Shown in pieces: positions 28,453 through 37,875 of a stretch of 64,000 nt of DNA. The position numbers and the translations under genes are program-made. Origin of the DNA: a virus; IMG/VR virus record IMGVR_UViG_3300005573_000054, positions 32,001 to 96,000 of that record, one strand, 5' to 3'. The notes beneath the pieces are model-generated. The model was not told the origin of the DNA and did not search any database. It saw nothing but the letters and a program-made list of their open reading frames with translations. How positions within the stretch are numbered: the first letter of the stretch is position 1; every line of letters begins with the position of its first letter.

Positions 28453-29246
28453 AATCAGAGTACATATTCAATTCACAAGAGTGGAGTTTATTTCACGGTC
28501 TTCTATCTTCTTTCAAGGACGATTTCACGGATATCATTATCCAGAAGAACAAGATTTCTCTCTACAATGATACAAATACAGGACTATATATCGTATATCC
28601 TGTTATCCCAAGTTTCGACGAAAATTTTAATTTAACTCTTAATAGTATAAGACAACTTGTTCCCATTTTTGATATTTTTAAAGGAAGTGATGAAATACGA
28701 TTAGTAGTGGATCCATCTCTTAAACAATATGTTGTTTCTGATGATATGACAAAAATTTCAATAAGATACACAGATACTATTTACAATATCAAAGCAGATA
28801 ATAGCTTCTTTTCTCATATAGAAGAGTTCAAGGATCTAAGTTTTTCCCTTCCTTCAAAGTTGTTTGGAAGAGTTATAACAATAAGCGAGAATTTCAAGAC
28901 TCCTGAAATTATTATGAAACAAGATGTTTCGTCGTTGAAGTTTAGAATCGAGTCAAATGCTAAGTATAGACACGGAGAGATCACTCTTAGAAATAGCATT
29001 ACGAAAAGGGTTCTTGATGAGATATTTGGGTCTTCTAATAAAGATGAGACAGTATTTTCTGTTATTCCGTTTATAACGATTTACTCAATAAATCCAGAGC
29101 AGGATCTCATGATAGATATTATTAAGAAACGAGACGGGACAGATGACAATGGAAAGATGCTTTTAAAACTTTCTACAGAGTCTCTGGAAAGAAAATTTTC
29201 TGTGTTTGTGTTTCAGACTTTGAGAGGGATGTTCGAAACGTTCTAA
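28449..29246 (+). CDS. Possible DNA sliding clamp (PCNA/gp45-like)
   Basis: 265 aa, acidic, two helix-pair/beta-strand halves, PolB in the same genome; fold inference only. Confidence 0.4.
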   Translation: MKSEYIFNSQEWSLFHGLLSSFKDDFTDIIIQKNKISLYNDTNTGLYIVYPVIPSFDENFNLTLNSIRQLVPIFDIFKGSDEIRLVVDPSLKQYVVSDDMTKISIRYTDTIYNIKADNSFFSHIEEFKDLSFSLPSKLFGRVITISENFKTPEIIMKQDVSSLKFRIESNAKYRHGEITLRNSITKRVLDEIFGSSNKDETVFSVIPFITIYSINPEQDLMIDIIKKRDGTDDNGKMLLKLSTESLERKFSVFVFQTLRGMFETF

Positions 29247-29456
29247 ATGAAGTTGCTTATTACTTTTCTAGTTTTTCTTTTTAATATACTATCAAAGGGA
29301 ATCGTTGTCGGTTTATTACTGAAACGACTCTTGTTGACATACCTGAATGTTGATTTCCAAATTTTTGATGGTATTATTCTTGTTTTGATTTGTAATCTTC
29401 TTTTCTCTCCAGGACCTATTAACGTAGAAGACGAAAACGACGAAGGAAAGTGTTGA
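29247..29456 (+). CDS. Small membrane protein
   Basis: Two hydrophobic segments and an acidic tail; abuts the upstream stop. Confidence 0.6.
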   Translation: MKLLITFLVFLFNILSKGIVVGLLLKRLLLTYLNVDFQIFDGIILVLICNLLFSPGPINVEDENDEGKC

Positions 29457-29468
29457 GAAGGAGGTTCT

Positions 29469-30158
29469 ATGCAATCGACTCATAAGGGAATCTTTATTGA
29501 TTCTTACCCGATTAGTTTCGATACAGAAGAGTCTCAACATACTACAATGACATTTTTTACAACAAGATGCGAGCTGGATTGTTACGGATGTCATAACAAG
29601 ACTTCTTGGGAAAGAGACCCTAAAATTTTACAAAAAATACTAACTCCAAAAAAAGTCTTAGAAAAAGTAATTTTTTCGAGAGAAGTCCTGGGTGTTGACA
29701 TGATTTCTCTTTCTGGGGGAGAATGTACGTTGGAGCAAGAAGATATTGTTCTCTATAACAAGATGTTTTACGACGAGGGTCTTAAAGTAAGGATAGAGAC
29801 AAACGGTCAACACCCTATATCGTTGTTCTATATTCTTGAAAACTCTCCAGTGTATAAAGTTGTTATGGATGTCAAGATTTCTCCTTCGATGGACCCTGTG
29901 AAAGTTCTTAATATTCTCAAGGGAAGGAAGATACGTTTCGAGGAAAACGAGGAGAATATACGGAAAGGTTTAAAGCTTAAAGAGATCTATTTTAAACATC
30001 TTGAAAGATCTTATCTCTTTTGTCTAAAGTATTTTTGTCCTGTTTCTTTTAGAACTGTAAAATATCCACTTCTAGAAGAAAATGAAATAAGCGAAATTGA
30101 AGAGTGGTGTAAGCAAAGAAAAGCTCCGTGGAAGTTAAATAACTTTATAGAAGTTTGA
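29469..30158 (+). CDS. nrdG: Radical SAM activase of anaerobic ribonucleotide reductase
   Basis: CELDCYGCHN (CxxxCxxC), SGGECTL, ETNG, MDVK, FRT; near nrdD. Confidence 0.75.
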   Translation: MQSTHKGIFIDSYPISFDTEESQHTTMTFFTTRCELDCYGCHNKTSWERDPKILQKILTPKKVLEKVIFSREVLGVDMISLSGGECTLEQEDIVLYNKMFYDEGLKVRIETNGQHPISLFYILENSPVYKVVMDVKISPSMDPVKVLNILKGRKIRFEENEENIRKGLKLKEIYFKHLERSYLFCLKYFCPVSFRTVKYPLLEENEISEIEEWCKQRKAPWKLNNFIEV

Positions 30159-30249
30159 ATTAATTCAAAGTTTTAGGTTAATTGTTTAATACTTTTTGTT
30201 AAGAGTCTGGAATTTTCATCTTTAGACAGAAAAAATAAGGAGGATAGGG

Positions 30250-31689
30250 ATGAGTAGTTTTCTGACTGTTTTTGAGTTTAGGAATAATTCTGAGGCTGAT
30301 CCTGTGACACGAAAGACGATATCAGACAAGTTTATCGAGTTCTTCGAGAAGATCGATTTCCGAGGAAGGGATCTTTTCAAATTCGTCTTTATCGACTCTT
30401 ACTCGGAAATCCACAAGGAATACAAAGATAAAGAAGAGCTTAAGAATCTTTGCAAAGATTTCTTCTCATCTCCTTCTTTTCTTGATGGTAAACCACCCTT
30501 TTTTATGGGGATCATAGGTAGCTCCATTTCTGCCTATGATTTCTATTCCAAAAATACTTCTACAGGAGTTATTAGAGCGGGGTTCGGACAGTGTATTATC
30601 TACGACGGTCTTAACGATCTTTACAAGACTGACAAGAAGACTCGACTTTTTACTGATGTGAATTTCAGAATGGAGAGTGTTTCGGGTAACTTCTGTTTTT
30701 CTGCGTACAACAGAAGAGAGGAGATGTTAATCTACGGGACAAATTATATGGAGCTCTACTCTAGACAAGATGATCATTGTATGTTTGTAACAAACGTCTA
30801 TCAGGAAGATTTTTCAAAGGTTGATATTTACACCATAAACAGAATTACTTCGACAGGGCAATCCTTTAAGGTATCTGGTCAACAACTACTTTTTGCGGAT
30901 AGAGTTATGTGTGTCTTAAGCGGGGGTCTGGACTCTACGATAGCTTTAACTTTATGTAAAAGACTTGGTTATAACGTTCACGCTGTTCATTTTAGCTATG
31001 GACAGCATTCTCAAGAAGTTGAAGTTGAATGTAGTAAAAAATTATGTCAACACTTTAATGTTCCATTGATTGTCTGTGATGTGGATAGTGTCTTTAAGAA
31101 ATTTGGATCCTCCGTTATTACTGACCTCGATTTTGTTGTTGATAGAGCTACAGATCTTGATACAATGGTTAGCTATGTTCCAGCAAGAAACACTATATTT
31201 GCTTCAATAGCTTGTGGGTTGTCTGAGAAAGCGGGGTGTTCTAAAATAGTATATGGTGCAACAATGGATGACTCGTTTACAGATTCAAGTCAAGGATTCT
31301 TCCTAAACTTAAATAAACTCTTTAAGTATTCTTCGGATGCCTTTAAAACTATTACTGTTTTAACTCCTTTTATTAACCTAACAAAGAAAGAGATTCTTCA
31401 TATTGGATACTCAATAGGTGCTCCGATTGATCTTTCGATCTCATGTTACAACCCACAGAAAATCGACGGTGTCTGGTATCAATGTGGAAACTGTGCGAGT
31501 GATGCCTTAAGAGAGTACTCACATAAACTTCTCGGTATTGTAGATCCAGTACCTTACCTAACGAAGCCGTTTTCTGAATACTATAAGTCTGTTAAAGAGG
31601 TTTATCCGGATTGGGAATCTTTAAGAAATTCTCCCCTTTCTTTGATAAATAGACAAAGCATTCCCTTCTATAAGTACCTCTCTTTATAA
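30250..31689 (+). CDS. queC: 7-cyano-7-deazaguanine synthase with an N-terminal glutamine-amidotransferase-like domain (Gat-QueC type)
   Basis: LSGGLDST, FSYGQ, YVPARN, TPFINLTK, SCY, CGNC; ~215-aa N-terminal extension with GNFCFSAYN..TNYMELY. Confidence 0.88.
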   Translation: MSSFLTVFEFRNNSEADPVTRKTISDKFIEFFEKIDFRGRDLFKFVFIDSYSEIHKEYKDKEELKNLCKDFFSSPSFLDGKPPFFMGIIGSSISAYDFYSKNTSTGVIRAGFGQCIIYDGLNDLYKTDKKTRLFTDVNFRMESVSGNFCFSAYNRREEMLIYGTNYMELYSRQDDHCMFVTNVYQEDFSKVDIYTINRITSTGQSFKVSGQQLLFADRVMCVLSGGLDSTIALTLCKRLGYNVHAVHFSYGQHSQEVEVECSKKLCQHFNVPLIVCDVDSVFKKFGSSVITDLDFVVDRATDLDTMVSYVPARNTIFASIACGLSEKAGCSKIVYGATMDDSFTDSSQGFFLNLNKLFKYSSDAFKTITVLTPFINLTKKEILHIGYSIGAPIDLSISCYNPQKIDGVWYQCGNCASDALREYSHKLLGIVDPVPYLTKPFSEYYKSVKEVYPDWESLRNSPLSLINRQSIPFYKYLSL

Positions 31690-31713
31690 CTAACTGTGGA
31701 GGTTTTTTCTCAA

Positions 31714-33258
31714 ATGGCGGATAGTTTTGATAGGTTCAAGAGACTGATTGACGAGTTCATAAAAAACGCGGATATAGCGAAGCAAAATGCTAACTTTGTT
31801 AGGAGTATTCCAGTATTAGAACATATTTTGGTTAGTGAAATTTGTAAAGAATATCTTTTTTCAGAAATATGTTCCACTATTCCTCTGAGTGATCTTCACA
31901 GAGAAGGATGGGTCTACGTTCATCAGACACATAAACTTAGTCCGTATTGTCTTGGGTTGAGTTCAAGAGATATAGCTGAGTGGGGTCTTTTCTCTCTCGC
32001 AACAAATGAGAGAAGAAGTAAACCTCCAAAAAGACTTGATACTCTTTTTCAACAATGTGCAAACTTGATATGTCTCGTTTCTCAGGAGTGTTCAGGTGCT
32101 GTGTCTCTAAATGATATCTCCACAGTAGCTGCGGGATATCTATACGTAATTGAAGAAATCGAAAAAACAGATAAGTTATCAGACTATGAACTTAAGAATA
32201 TATGGCAGACATTTCTTTATAATATTAATCTTCCGTTTAGAACGGGTAATAGTCCCTTCACAAATATTACATTAGAATTCGGACAATGTGACCCAAGGTT
32301 AGCAAACTTTCCAATAGTACATGCGGGAAAGTTATATCAACAAACATACTCTCAAATACCATCAGAGTATTTCGATAGAATAAACATGTCTTTTATATCC
32401 TCAATGATAGAGGGTGATGCGGAGGGAAACCCGTTTACATTTCCACTCATCACAGTAAATGTTTATAACGATTTTAAATGGGATAATCCCTCTTGGTTGT
32501 ATCTTGTTGAGAACTCTGATAAGTTTGGGGGATTTTACGTTCAAAACTACAGGAAGATAGGGTTCGAAAAAGATACCATTTGGAAGAAATTTAATCCTTA
32601 TTTGAAACCTTTCGAAGTAGGAATGATTTACAGTAATTGTTGTAGAATGACTTTTGATCTAAACCTTGTCGAGGTTATAACGGGAAGTAATCCGTTCCAT
32701 AGTGGTTCTGGAGTGGGTGGTATCGGAGTTTATGCCATTAACATTAATAGACTTCTCTGGCTCTATAAGAAAGATTTCGAGAGACTTAAAGAATCTCTCG
32801 ATTATCTTATAGAAGTCGGGCAGAGTTTTTTAAACGCAAAAAGGAATTGGATACAGAAACATTATACAGATCTTTATCCCTATGTGGCCGCCTATCAAAA
32901 AACCACTAAAACGTTGTATAACATCTTTTCAATTGTAGGTGGTCATGAAGGTCTAATCAATGCAGGGTTTGAAGAAGGCATCTTTGACATCGAAGCAATA
33001 AAATACTCTCACAAAATACTCCAATTCGTTTTGGAGAAACTTGATAGTATAATGAAAAGGGATCAGGTATTGGTTTCTTTAGAGTTTGCGCCGAGTGAGT
33101 CTGCATCTCCTTATCTTGCGAAGAAAGACCTACAATTTAAAGACAAATTACTTGAGTTTATCAACAAAAAAGATGTTCGTGGAATTGGTGACGTGACGAA
33201 CATTCCGTTTTTTAGACAGTCTATTTTACAGATACTTAAAGAAAGGGGGATAATCTAG
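31714..33258 (+). CDS. nrdD: Anaerobic (class III) ribonucleotide reductase, N-terminal part
   Basis: LHREGWVYVH, PYCLG, SGAVS, PFTNITL, PFTFP, SNCCR, GSGVG, PSES; GGAGG RBS before ATG 31714. Confidence 0.92.
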   Translation: MADSFDRFKRLIDEFIKNADIAKQNANFVRSIPVLEHILVSEICKEYLFSEICSTIPLSDLHREGWVYVHQTHKLSPYCLGLSSRDIAEWGLFSLATNERRSKPPKRLDTLFQQCANLICLVSQECSGAVSLNDISTVAAGYLYVIEEIEKTDKLSDYELKNIWQTFLYNINLPFRTGNSPFTNITLEFGQCDPRLANFPIVHAGKLYQQTYSQIPSEYFDRINMSFISSMIEGDAEGNPFTFPLITVNVYNDFKWDNPSWLYLVENSDKFGGFYVQNYRKIGFEKDTIWKKFNPYLKPFEVGMIYSNCCRMTFDLNLVEVITGSNPFHSGSGVGGIGVYAININRLLWLYKKDFERLKESLDYLIEVGQSFLNAKRNWIQKHYTDLYPYVAAYQKTTKTLYNIFSIVGGHEGLINAGFEEGIFDIEAIKYSHKILQFVLEKLDSIMKRDQVLVSLEFAPSESASPYLAKKDLQFKDKLLEFINKKDVRGIGDVTNIPFFRQSILQILKERGII

Positions 33259-33261
33259 AGG

Positions 33262-33765
33262 ATGAAGTCTTATTCAGAAATGTATGTGTCAGGAAATTCT
33301 GAAACGGGAAACGTCTTTTTAACGTCGGGATTCCTTCCACCTTTTCAAGAAGAAGATTTATTAAAACAGATAGATGTTTCTTGTCATTTTCAGAGTTACG
33401 CTACAGGAGGGTCAATCCTTCATCTTTTCCTGGGGGAAGAGATAAGTGTTGAGAAAAAAGTCGACATTATCAAAAAACTTACAAGTACACCGCTACAGTA
33501 TTTCACACTGACTTCAACCTTGATGAAATGTAATAATTGTAAAGAGAAGATTGTAGGGAAACATAATGTATGTCCTAAATGTAAGTCAAAAGATGTGACT
33601 TTATGGAGTAGGCCAATTGGGTATTTTAGACCGGTTTTAAGAGATAATATTACTGGTGATTTTACGAGTGCAAAGTATCAATACTGGACTAAACCTAGAG
33701 TAGTAGAGTTCTCTCAAAGACGTCTAGTTGTTGAAGATGACTACGAGACATTTTTAGATATGTAG
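33262..33765 (+). CDS. nrdD: Anaerobic ribonucleotide reductase, C-terminal part (Zn ribbon and glycyl-radical loop)
   Basis: ATGGSILH, CNNC..CPKC, SRPIGYFRPV. Confidence 0.9.
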   Translation: MKSYSEMYVSGNSETGNVFLTSGFLPPFQEEDLLKQIDVSCHFQSYATGGSILHLFLGEEISVEKKVDIIKKLTSTPLQYFTLTSTLMKCNNCKEKIVGKHNVCPKCKSKDVTLWSRPIGYFRPVLRDNITGDFTSAKYQYWTKPRVVEFSQRRLVVEDDYETFLDM

Positions 33766-33773
33766 GGAAATTT

Positions 33774-36700
33774 ATGTTTGACGTGAGTGTTAGTCTTATC
33801 TATAAAACGAAGCAGGGAGAAGAACGAAACTTAATCCCGTATTGCTCAAAACTAGAGTTTGATATGGGGTGTCGTATCTCAAACCTGTTAAGGTGGGGTA
33901 TTGTCAGGTATCACACCAATTTTGACGTTCTTAGAACTCTGGATAGATCTTCAACGGAGCTTTTGGAGATTTATCCTCTTGACACCCCGTTTTCACTAAT
34001 CATCAAGACAAAGACAAACATTGTGGAAATTCCACTGTTATGTACTAATATCGATGTGATTCGAGACAACACTCAGAGGGACGGGTTATATCTTCATGAG
34101 AAACTTAATCAACCTCTAGAGTGGATTTTCGTACCAGCATACGAGATCTTCCTTAATAGGGATTCTCAACTTAAGGAATTGAATTTCTTTGAAAATTATA
34201 TTACTCCAGAGAAAGTTATACAGAAGTTTATAGACGATGATCCATCGTTTAGTATTTCACAGACAGAGGTTCAGAAAAGAGATTTTACGTATAAGATAGT
34301 AACAGGTCAGAGTTCTCCCGGAACAAAGCTTCCTGGAGCTCTCAAAAGTTCTTTTACGAAACAGGCTTTAAAGGGACAAGTTCAACGGAGGTTGGGGATA
34401 ATTAGCTCACTTCTCGCGACTTGTAACTCAATACTTGATACTATTACGAATATTATCAATACGTCTTTCTCTTTTTTCAATGGTTTCATAAAAGATGTTT
34501 GTAATAAAATATCAAATCTTATTAGAGGTGTCGCTCAGAAAGTTAGAGGTTTACTTTTTGACATACTAAAATCACTTCCTAATGCCGGAACACTTCTAGG
34601 ACCTATCTTAACGGTACTTGAAGTGTTCCAACAACTTTTTCAAGGAATCATTGGTCTTGTTTCGAAGATCATGCAACCAGTGAGAAGTTTAATCTCAGGT
34701 ATTTTTAGAACTATATCTACTCTTGTGGGATGTGCTGAACAAGTCGTGTCATCGGTTTTAGCAATTCCATCTGCTCTTTTTATGGGAGTGGAATCTGTGT
34801 TTGAAACAGTATTAGGAATTCCAAATACTTTTATCACAGCATACGATAGTAATTACAAGTGGTGGTCGGGAAAAACTAATCAATTAACAAATCTTATTGA
34901 CGATCTTTCGATTATTCTTCCTCAATATAACTGGTATCTCCCTCCATCACTTACCAAAAACTACAAATTGAAATTAAACAACATTTGGCCTCAGACATAC
35001 ACCTCAACACAGATATCATATATACCAACATACACCCCTAAACCATATATTTTCTCAGAGAACGTTTCGGGAAACCTGCAACAGGTGGAAGAAAAGAATA
35101 TTCCACAGGAAATAGTAAATAAACCTATTCCTATAGAGAATACTACAGAGTGGTCAGAGGCGTTTGGATCTGTAACTTCGGGTCAACCTTATATGCCCTT
35201 TGTAGGAATAGAAGAGATTTCTTCGCTAAAAAATATCATCCTAACGGGTCTTCCTTCGTATCCAGAGGATATCTCTAAGGGTGTTTCTAACGAGTTAAAC
35301 AAGACGTCGGAGACAATTCAGGCAAATAATAACATTCCAACCGAACTTAAAAAGGAATTTCAAAAAGTTACTGAGAAGTGTAATAATATAACTGAAAAGC
35401 TAGTAGATAATTCAGTACCATTTGAAGTTTTAGTCGCATCACCTATAATGGGGCCTTCTGGTTTCTTGAGTAGTGAGGTCTCTGGGGTGACGGTTAGCTT
35501 TGAAAAAAACGAGCAACCAATACCAGTGTATAAACAGACGAAACAGGTAGTTGATCAGATCATCAATATAGTAGAATCGGATCCGAGTTTTCCAGAAGAG
35601 ACGAAGAAAAGTCTTGAAGATCTTTCGTTCAATCTAGATTTGTTAATAAATTCAAAACAGAGTATTCAGTCTGGGTTCTCCATAGAAGATCCAACGTATA
35701 ATACAGCTAAAATTACTGAGAAAATTTTCTCTCAGGAAAAGTTTAAGAGTTTATCTCAAGAGTCAAGTGATCTAATCTCAGAGATGAAAAACGAGCTTGT
35801 TCAGTTTGTTGAAAACGATCTTAAAAACGAGATCAATTCACAGATACAAGATCCAGCTTTGAAAAATGAACTCCTTGATATGGCTGATGAAATCATCTCA
35901 GAGTTGAATGACAATTTTTCTGGTCTACCTCCTGAATTAACTACTATTCTCGAAGATGGTCAGTCTTCTGAGTGGTATAACAAAACAGTCGATCTTGCTA
36001 AAAGCTACTTCGTCGATCTTAATAAGTTTATCGACACGTTTACTCAAGCAATCCTTGAGACTCACGCTTTGTTAAATGACTGTGAGCAACAGACTGTTGT
36101 AGATTTAGGGATGTTTACCTCAGTAAAAGCAGACCCATTCCAAGTCTCTCTTATTATCGAGCACGATGATTATGAGACCATAGGGATAAAAGAGGCAACA
36201 GCAAAAGAATTTCCTCAATCTAAAATTCCAAGAGAAACCAAGTATTCTACTATCGCTGGTACAACTCTTGGGACTCTCTCGAGGTCGTTATATGATCTTT
36301 GTCCATGTCCTTTAGTCAATGCTTCTTCAATAGTCTATGTTGTTGATAAGTCAGAACACAAAGTGCACTATAGATACAGAGTCTATCCTGGAGGAGATAA
36401 AAGGATTGACTGGTATCTTGATTTCAGTAAAACCTCACATGATTTAACCAAAGGTCATCTTGGAGTAAAGAGTGCGGTTATTCAGACAGTAAAAAAACCT
36501 ACGAGTCTTATCACAGATTTAACGAAAAGTCCTAGTAAATTCTTTGAAACTTATACAAAGATTCGTTTAAGAACAGATACAGTTGTTGAAGGGAATCAGA
36601 TTTACACAGGATTAGATGTTCCTATGAGTGATTTTTCTAAGTCGATTTTTACAGCAGAGACACTTTATGTTGAACCAAAAGGAGGTCCTATATCAGATAG

Positions 36701-37118
36701 CGTATACAATATAAGATGTGATACACCTCTAGAGTTTTCAAGAGCAGTACTCCAGTCAATTGGAGATTTGTCAAATAGACTGTTTTTCGACTCAGAGGAG
36801 AAACAGGATTATATAATGTTTACAGAAGATGTAGATCTCTGGCCACTTGTTTGGCCGGGTGATATCATTGAAATCCTTCTTTACCCACCCGTAATAACTG
36901 ATTTCCTTTCTGGACCATGGTTAGTGAGAAGCAAGACTTTGACTCTTGATAGACAGGGAGGAAACGTTCAAAGAGTGGGTGTTACATTTCGTTTGAATCG
37001 TATTGCTCCACGAGACCCTAAGAAGGCCTCATCAATACCACAAGCTACAGATATTGTGAAAAAGATGTATGGACTTCCTTGGGAAAAGAAGAATAGACTG
37101 ATGGTAAATATAAAATAA
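33774..37118 (+). CDS. Large probable virion protein (baseplate-hub-like ends with long helical insertions)
   Basis: C-terminal PGDIIEI..LSGPWLVRS pattern; amphipathic segment at aa ~205-350. Confidence 0.4.
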   Translation: MFDVSVSLIYKTKQGEERNLIPYCSKLEFDMGCRISNLLRWGIVRYHTNFDVLRTLDRSSTELLEIYPLDTPFSLIIKTKTNIVEIPLLCTNIDVIRDNTQRDGLYLHEKLNQPLEWIFVPAYEIFLNRDSQLKELNFFENYITPEKVIQKFIDDDPSFSISQTEVQKRDFTYKIVTGQSSPGTKLPGALKSSFTKQALKGQVQRRLGIISSLLATCNSILDTITNIINTSFSFFNGFIKDVCNKISNLIRGVAQKVRGLLFDILKSLPNAGTLLGPILTVLEVFQQLFQGIIGLVSKIMQPVRSLISGIFRTISTLVGCAEQVVSSVLAIPSALFMGVESVFETVLGIPNTFITAYDSNYKWWSGKTNQLTNLIDDLSIILPQYNWYLPPSLTKNYKLKLNNIWPQTYTSTQISYIPTYTPKPYIFSENVSGNLQQVEEKNIPQEIVNKPIPIENTTEWSEAFGSVTSGQPYMPFVGIEEISSLKNIILTGLPSYPEDISKGVSNELNKTSETIQANNNIPTELKKEFQKVTEKCNNITEKLVDNSVPFEVLVASPIMGPSGFLSSEVSGVTVSFEKNEQPIPVYKQTKQVVDQIINIVESDPSFPEETKKSLEDLSFNLDLLINSKQSIQSGFSIEDPTYNTAKITEKIFSQEKFKSLSQESSDLISEMKNELVQFVENDLKNEINSQIQDPALKNELLDMADEIISELNDNFSGLPPELTTILEDGQSSEWYNKTVDLAKSYFVDLNKFIDTFTQAILETHALLNDCEQQTVVDLGMFTSVKADPFQVSLIIEHDDYETIGIKEATAKEFPQSKIPRETKYSTIAGTTLGTLSRSLYDLCPCPLVNASSIVYVVDKSEHKVHYRYRVYPGGDKRIDWYLDFSKTSHDLTKGHLGVKSAVIQTVKKPTSLITDLTKSPSKFFETYTKIRLRTDTVVEGNQIYTGLDVPMSDFSKSIFTAETLYVEPKGGPISDSVYNIRCDTPLEFSRAVLQSIGDLSNRLFFDSEEKQDYIMFTEDVDLWPLVWPGDIIEILLYPPVITDFLSGPWLVRSKTLTLDRQGGNVQRVGVTFRLNRIAPRDPKKASSIPQATDIVKKMYGLPWEKKNRLMVNIK

Positions 37119-37135
37119 ATGAAAGGAGGTTTACG

Positions 37136-37447
37136 ATGGATGGAGATAAGCTTCTTTCCACAGTAGACGATGTTGTCCTGTCTGTTGATGAACTCATAAA
37201 GAAATACAATGAGTTGAAAGGAGTTGTGCGTGTGATACAGTCCGCTATCACAGGGAAAGTAATTGAGTGTCAACAGAAAGGTCAGGAAGGAGAGGCAAAA
37301 CGATGGAATGAGTATGTAGAACTAATTCATAAAGTTATCGGTCCTCAATGTCTAGATCATAATAGTAATATAAGCACAACAGAGAAAAAATCAAAGAAAG
37401 GAAGAAAAAGATGGGTACAAATGCCACTATTCCAAGAGACGATATAG
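37136..37447 (+). CDS. Hypothetical protein
   Basis: AAAGGAGG RBS, 103 aa. Confidence 0.75.
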   Translation: MDGDKLLSTVDDVVLSVDELIKKYNELKGVVRVIQSAITGKVIECQQKGQEGEAKRWNEYVELIHKVIGPQCLDHNSNISTTEKKSKKGRKRWVQMPLFQETI

Positions 37448-37836
37448 TTTATGGATTCGGACAACATCTAGTATTTGATGGATATAAAGGTTCATTTGCT
37501 ACTCTCGATAATATGGATGAAATTTTCAAATTTCTTGATACTCTTCCAGGCATCATTGGTATGACAAAGATAACTTGTCCTTATGTAATAAGATATAATG
37601 CTCCCATAAAAGAAGACTCGGGAATTACAGGGTTTGTGATTATCGCAGAAAGTCATATCAGTGTTCATACATTTCCATTCAAGAGATACGTGAGTATCGA
37701 TGTTTTCTCATGTAAAGAGTTTAATGTTGACCTCGCAGTAGAGTATATTTTGAGGACTTTTCAAGTAGAACAATATGAGAGTAAAGTCACAAAAAGGGGA
37801 CTAAAGTTTCCAAGAGGTCCTGTGTCCCTTATTTAA
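37411..37836 (+). CDS. speD: S-adenosylmethionine decarboxylase proenzyme (pyruvoyl family)
   Basis: GQHLVFD, GITGFVIIAE-SHISVHTFP self-cleavage motif, IDVFSC. Confidence 0.9.
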   Translation: MGTNATIPRDDIVYGFGQHLVFDGYKGSFATLDNMDEIFKFLDTLPGIIGMTKITCPYVIRYNAPIKEDSGITGFVIIAESHISVHTFPFKRYVSIDVFSCKEFNVDLAVEYILRTFQVEQYESKVTKRGLKFPRGPVSLI

Positions 37837-37875
37837 TTTTTCATCTTGACATTTTTACATTTTTAGGAGTATCCG

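Noticed and set aside
29469-30158. QueE call for the radical SAM gene next to queC
   Set aside because: GCHN, MDVK and FRT motifs fit an NrdG-type activase better; the QueE SIQGEG and CDT motifs are absent
27875-33258. Alternative genetic code suggested by in-frame TAA and TAG
   Set aside because: TAA, TAG and TGA all terminate many genes directly before the next RBS; coding density is high under the standard code
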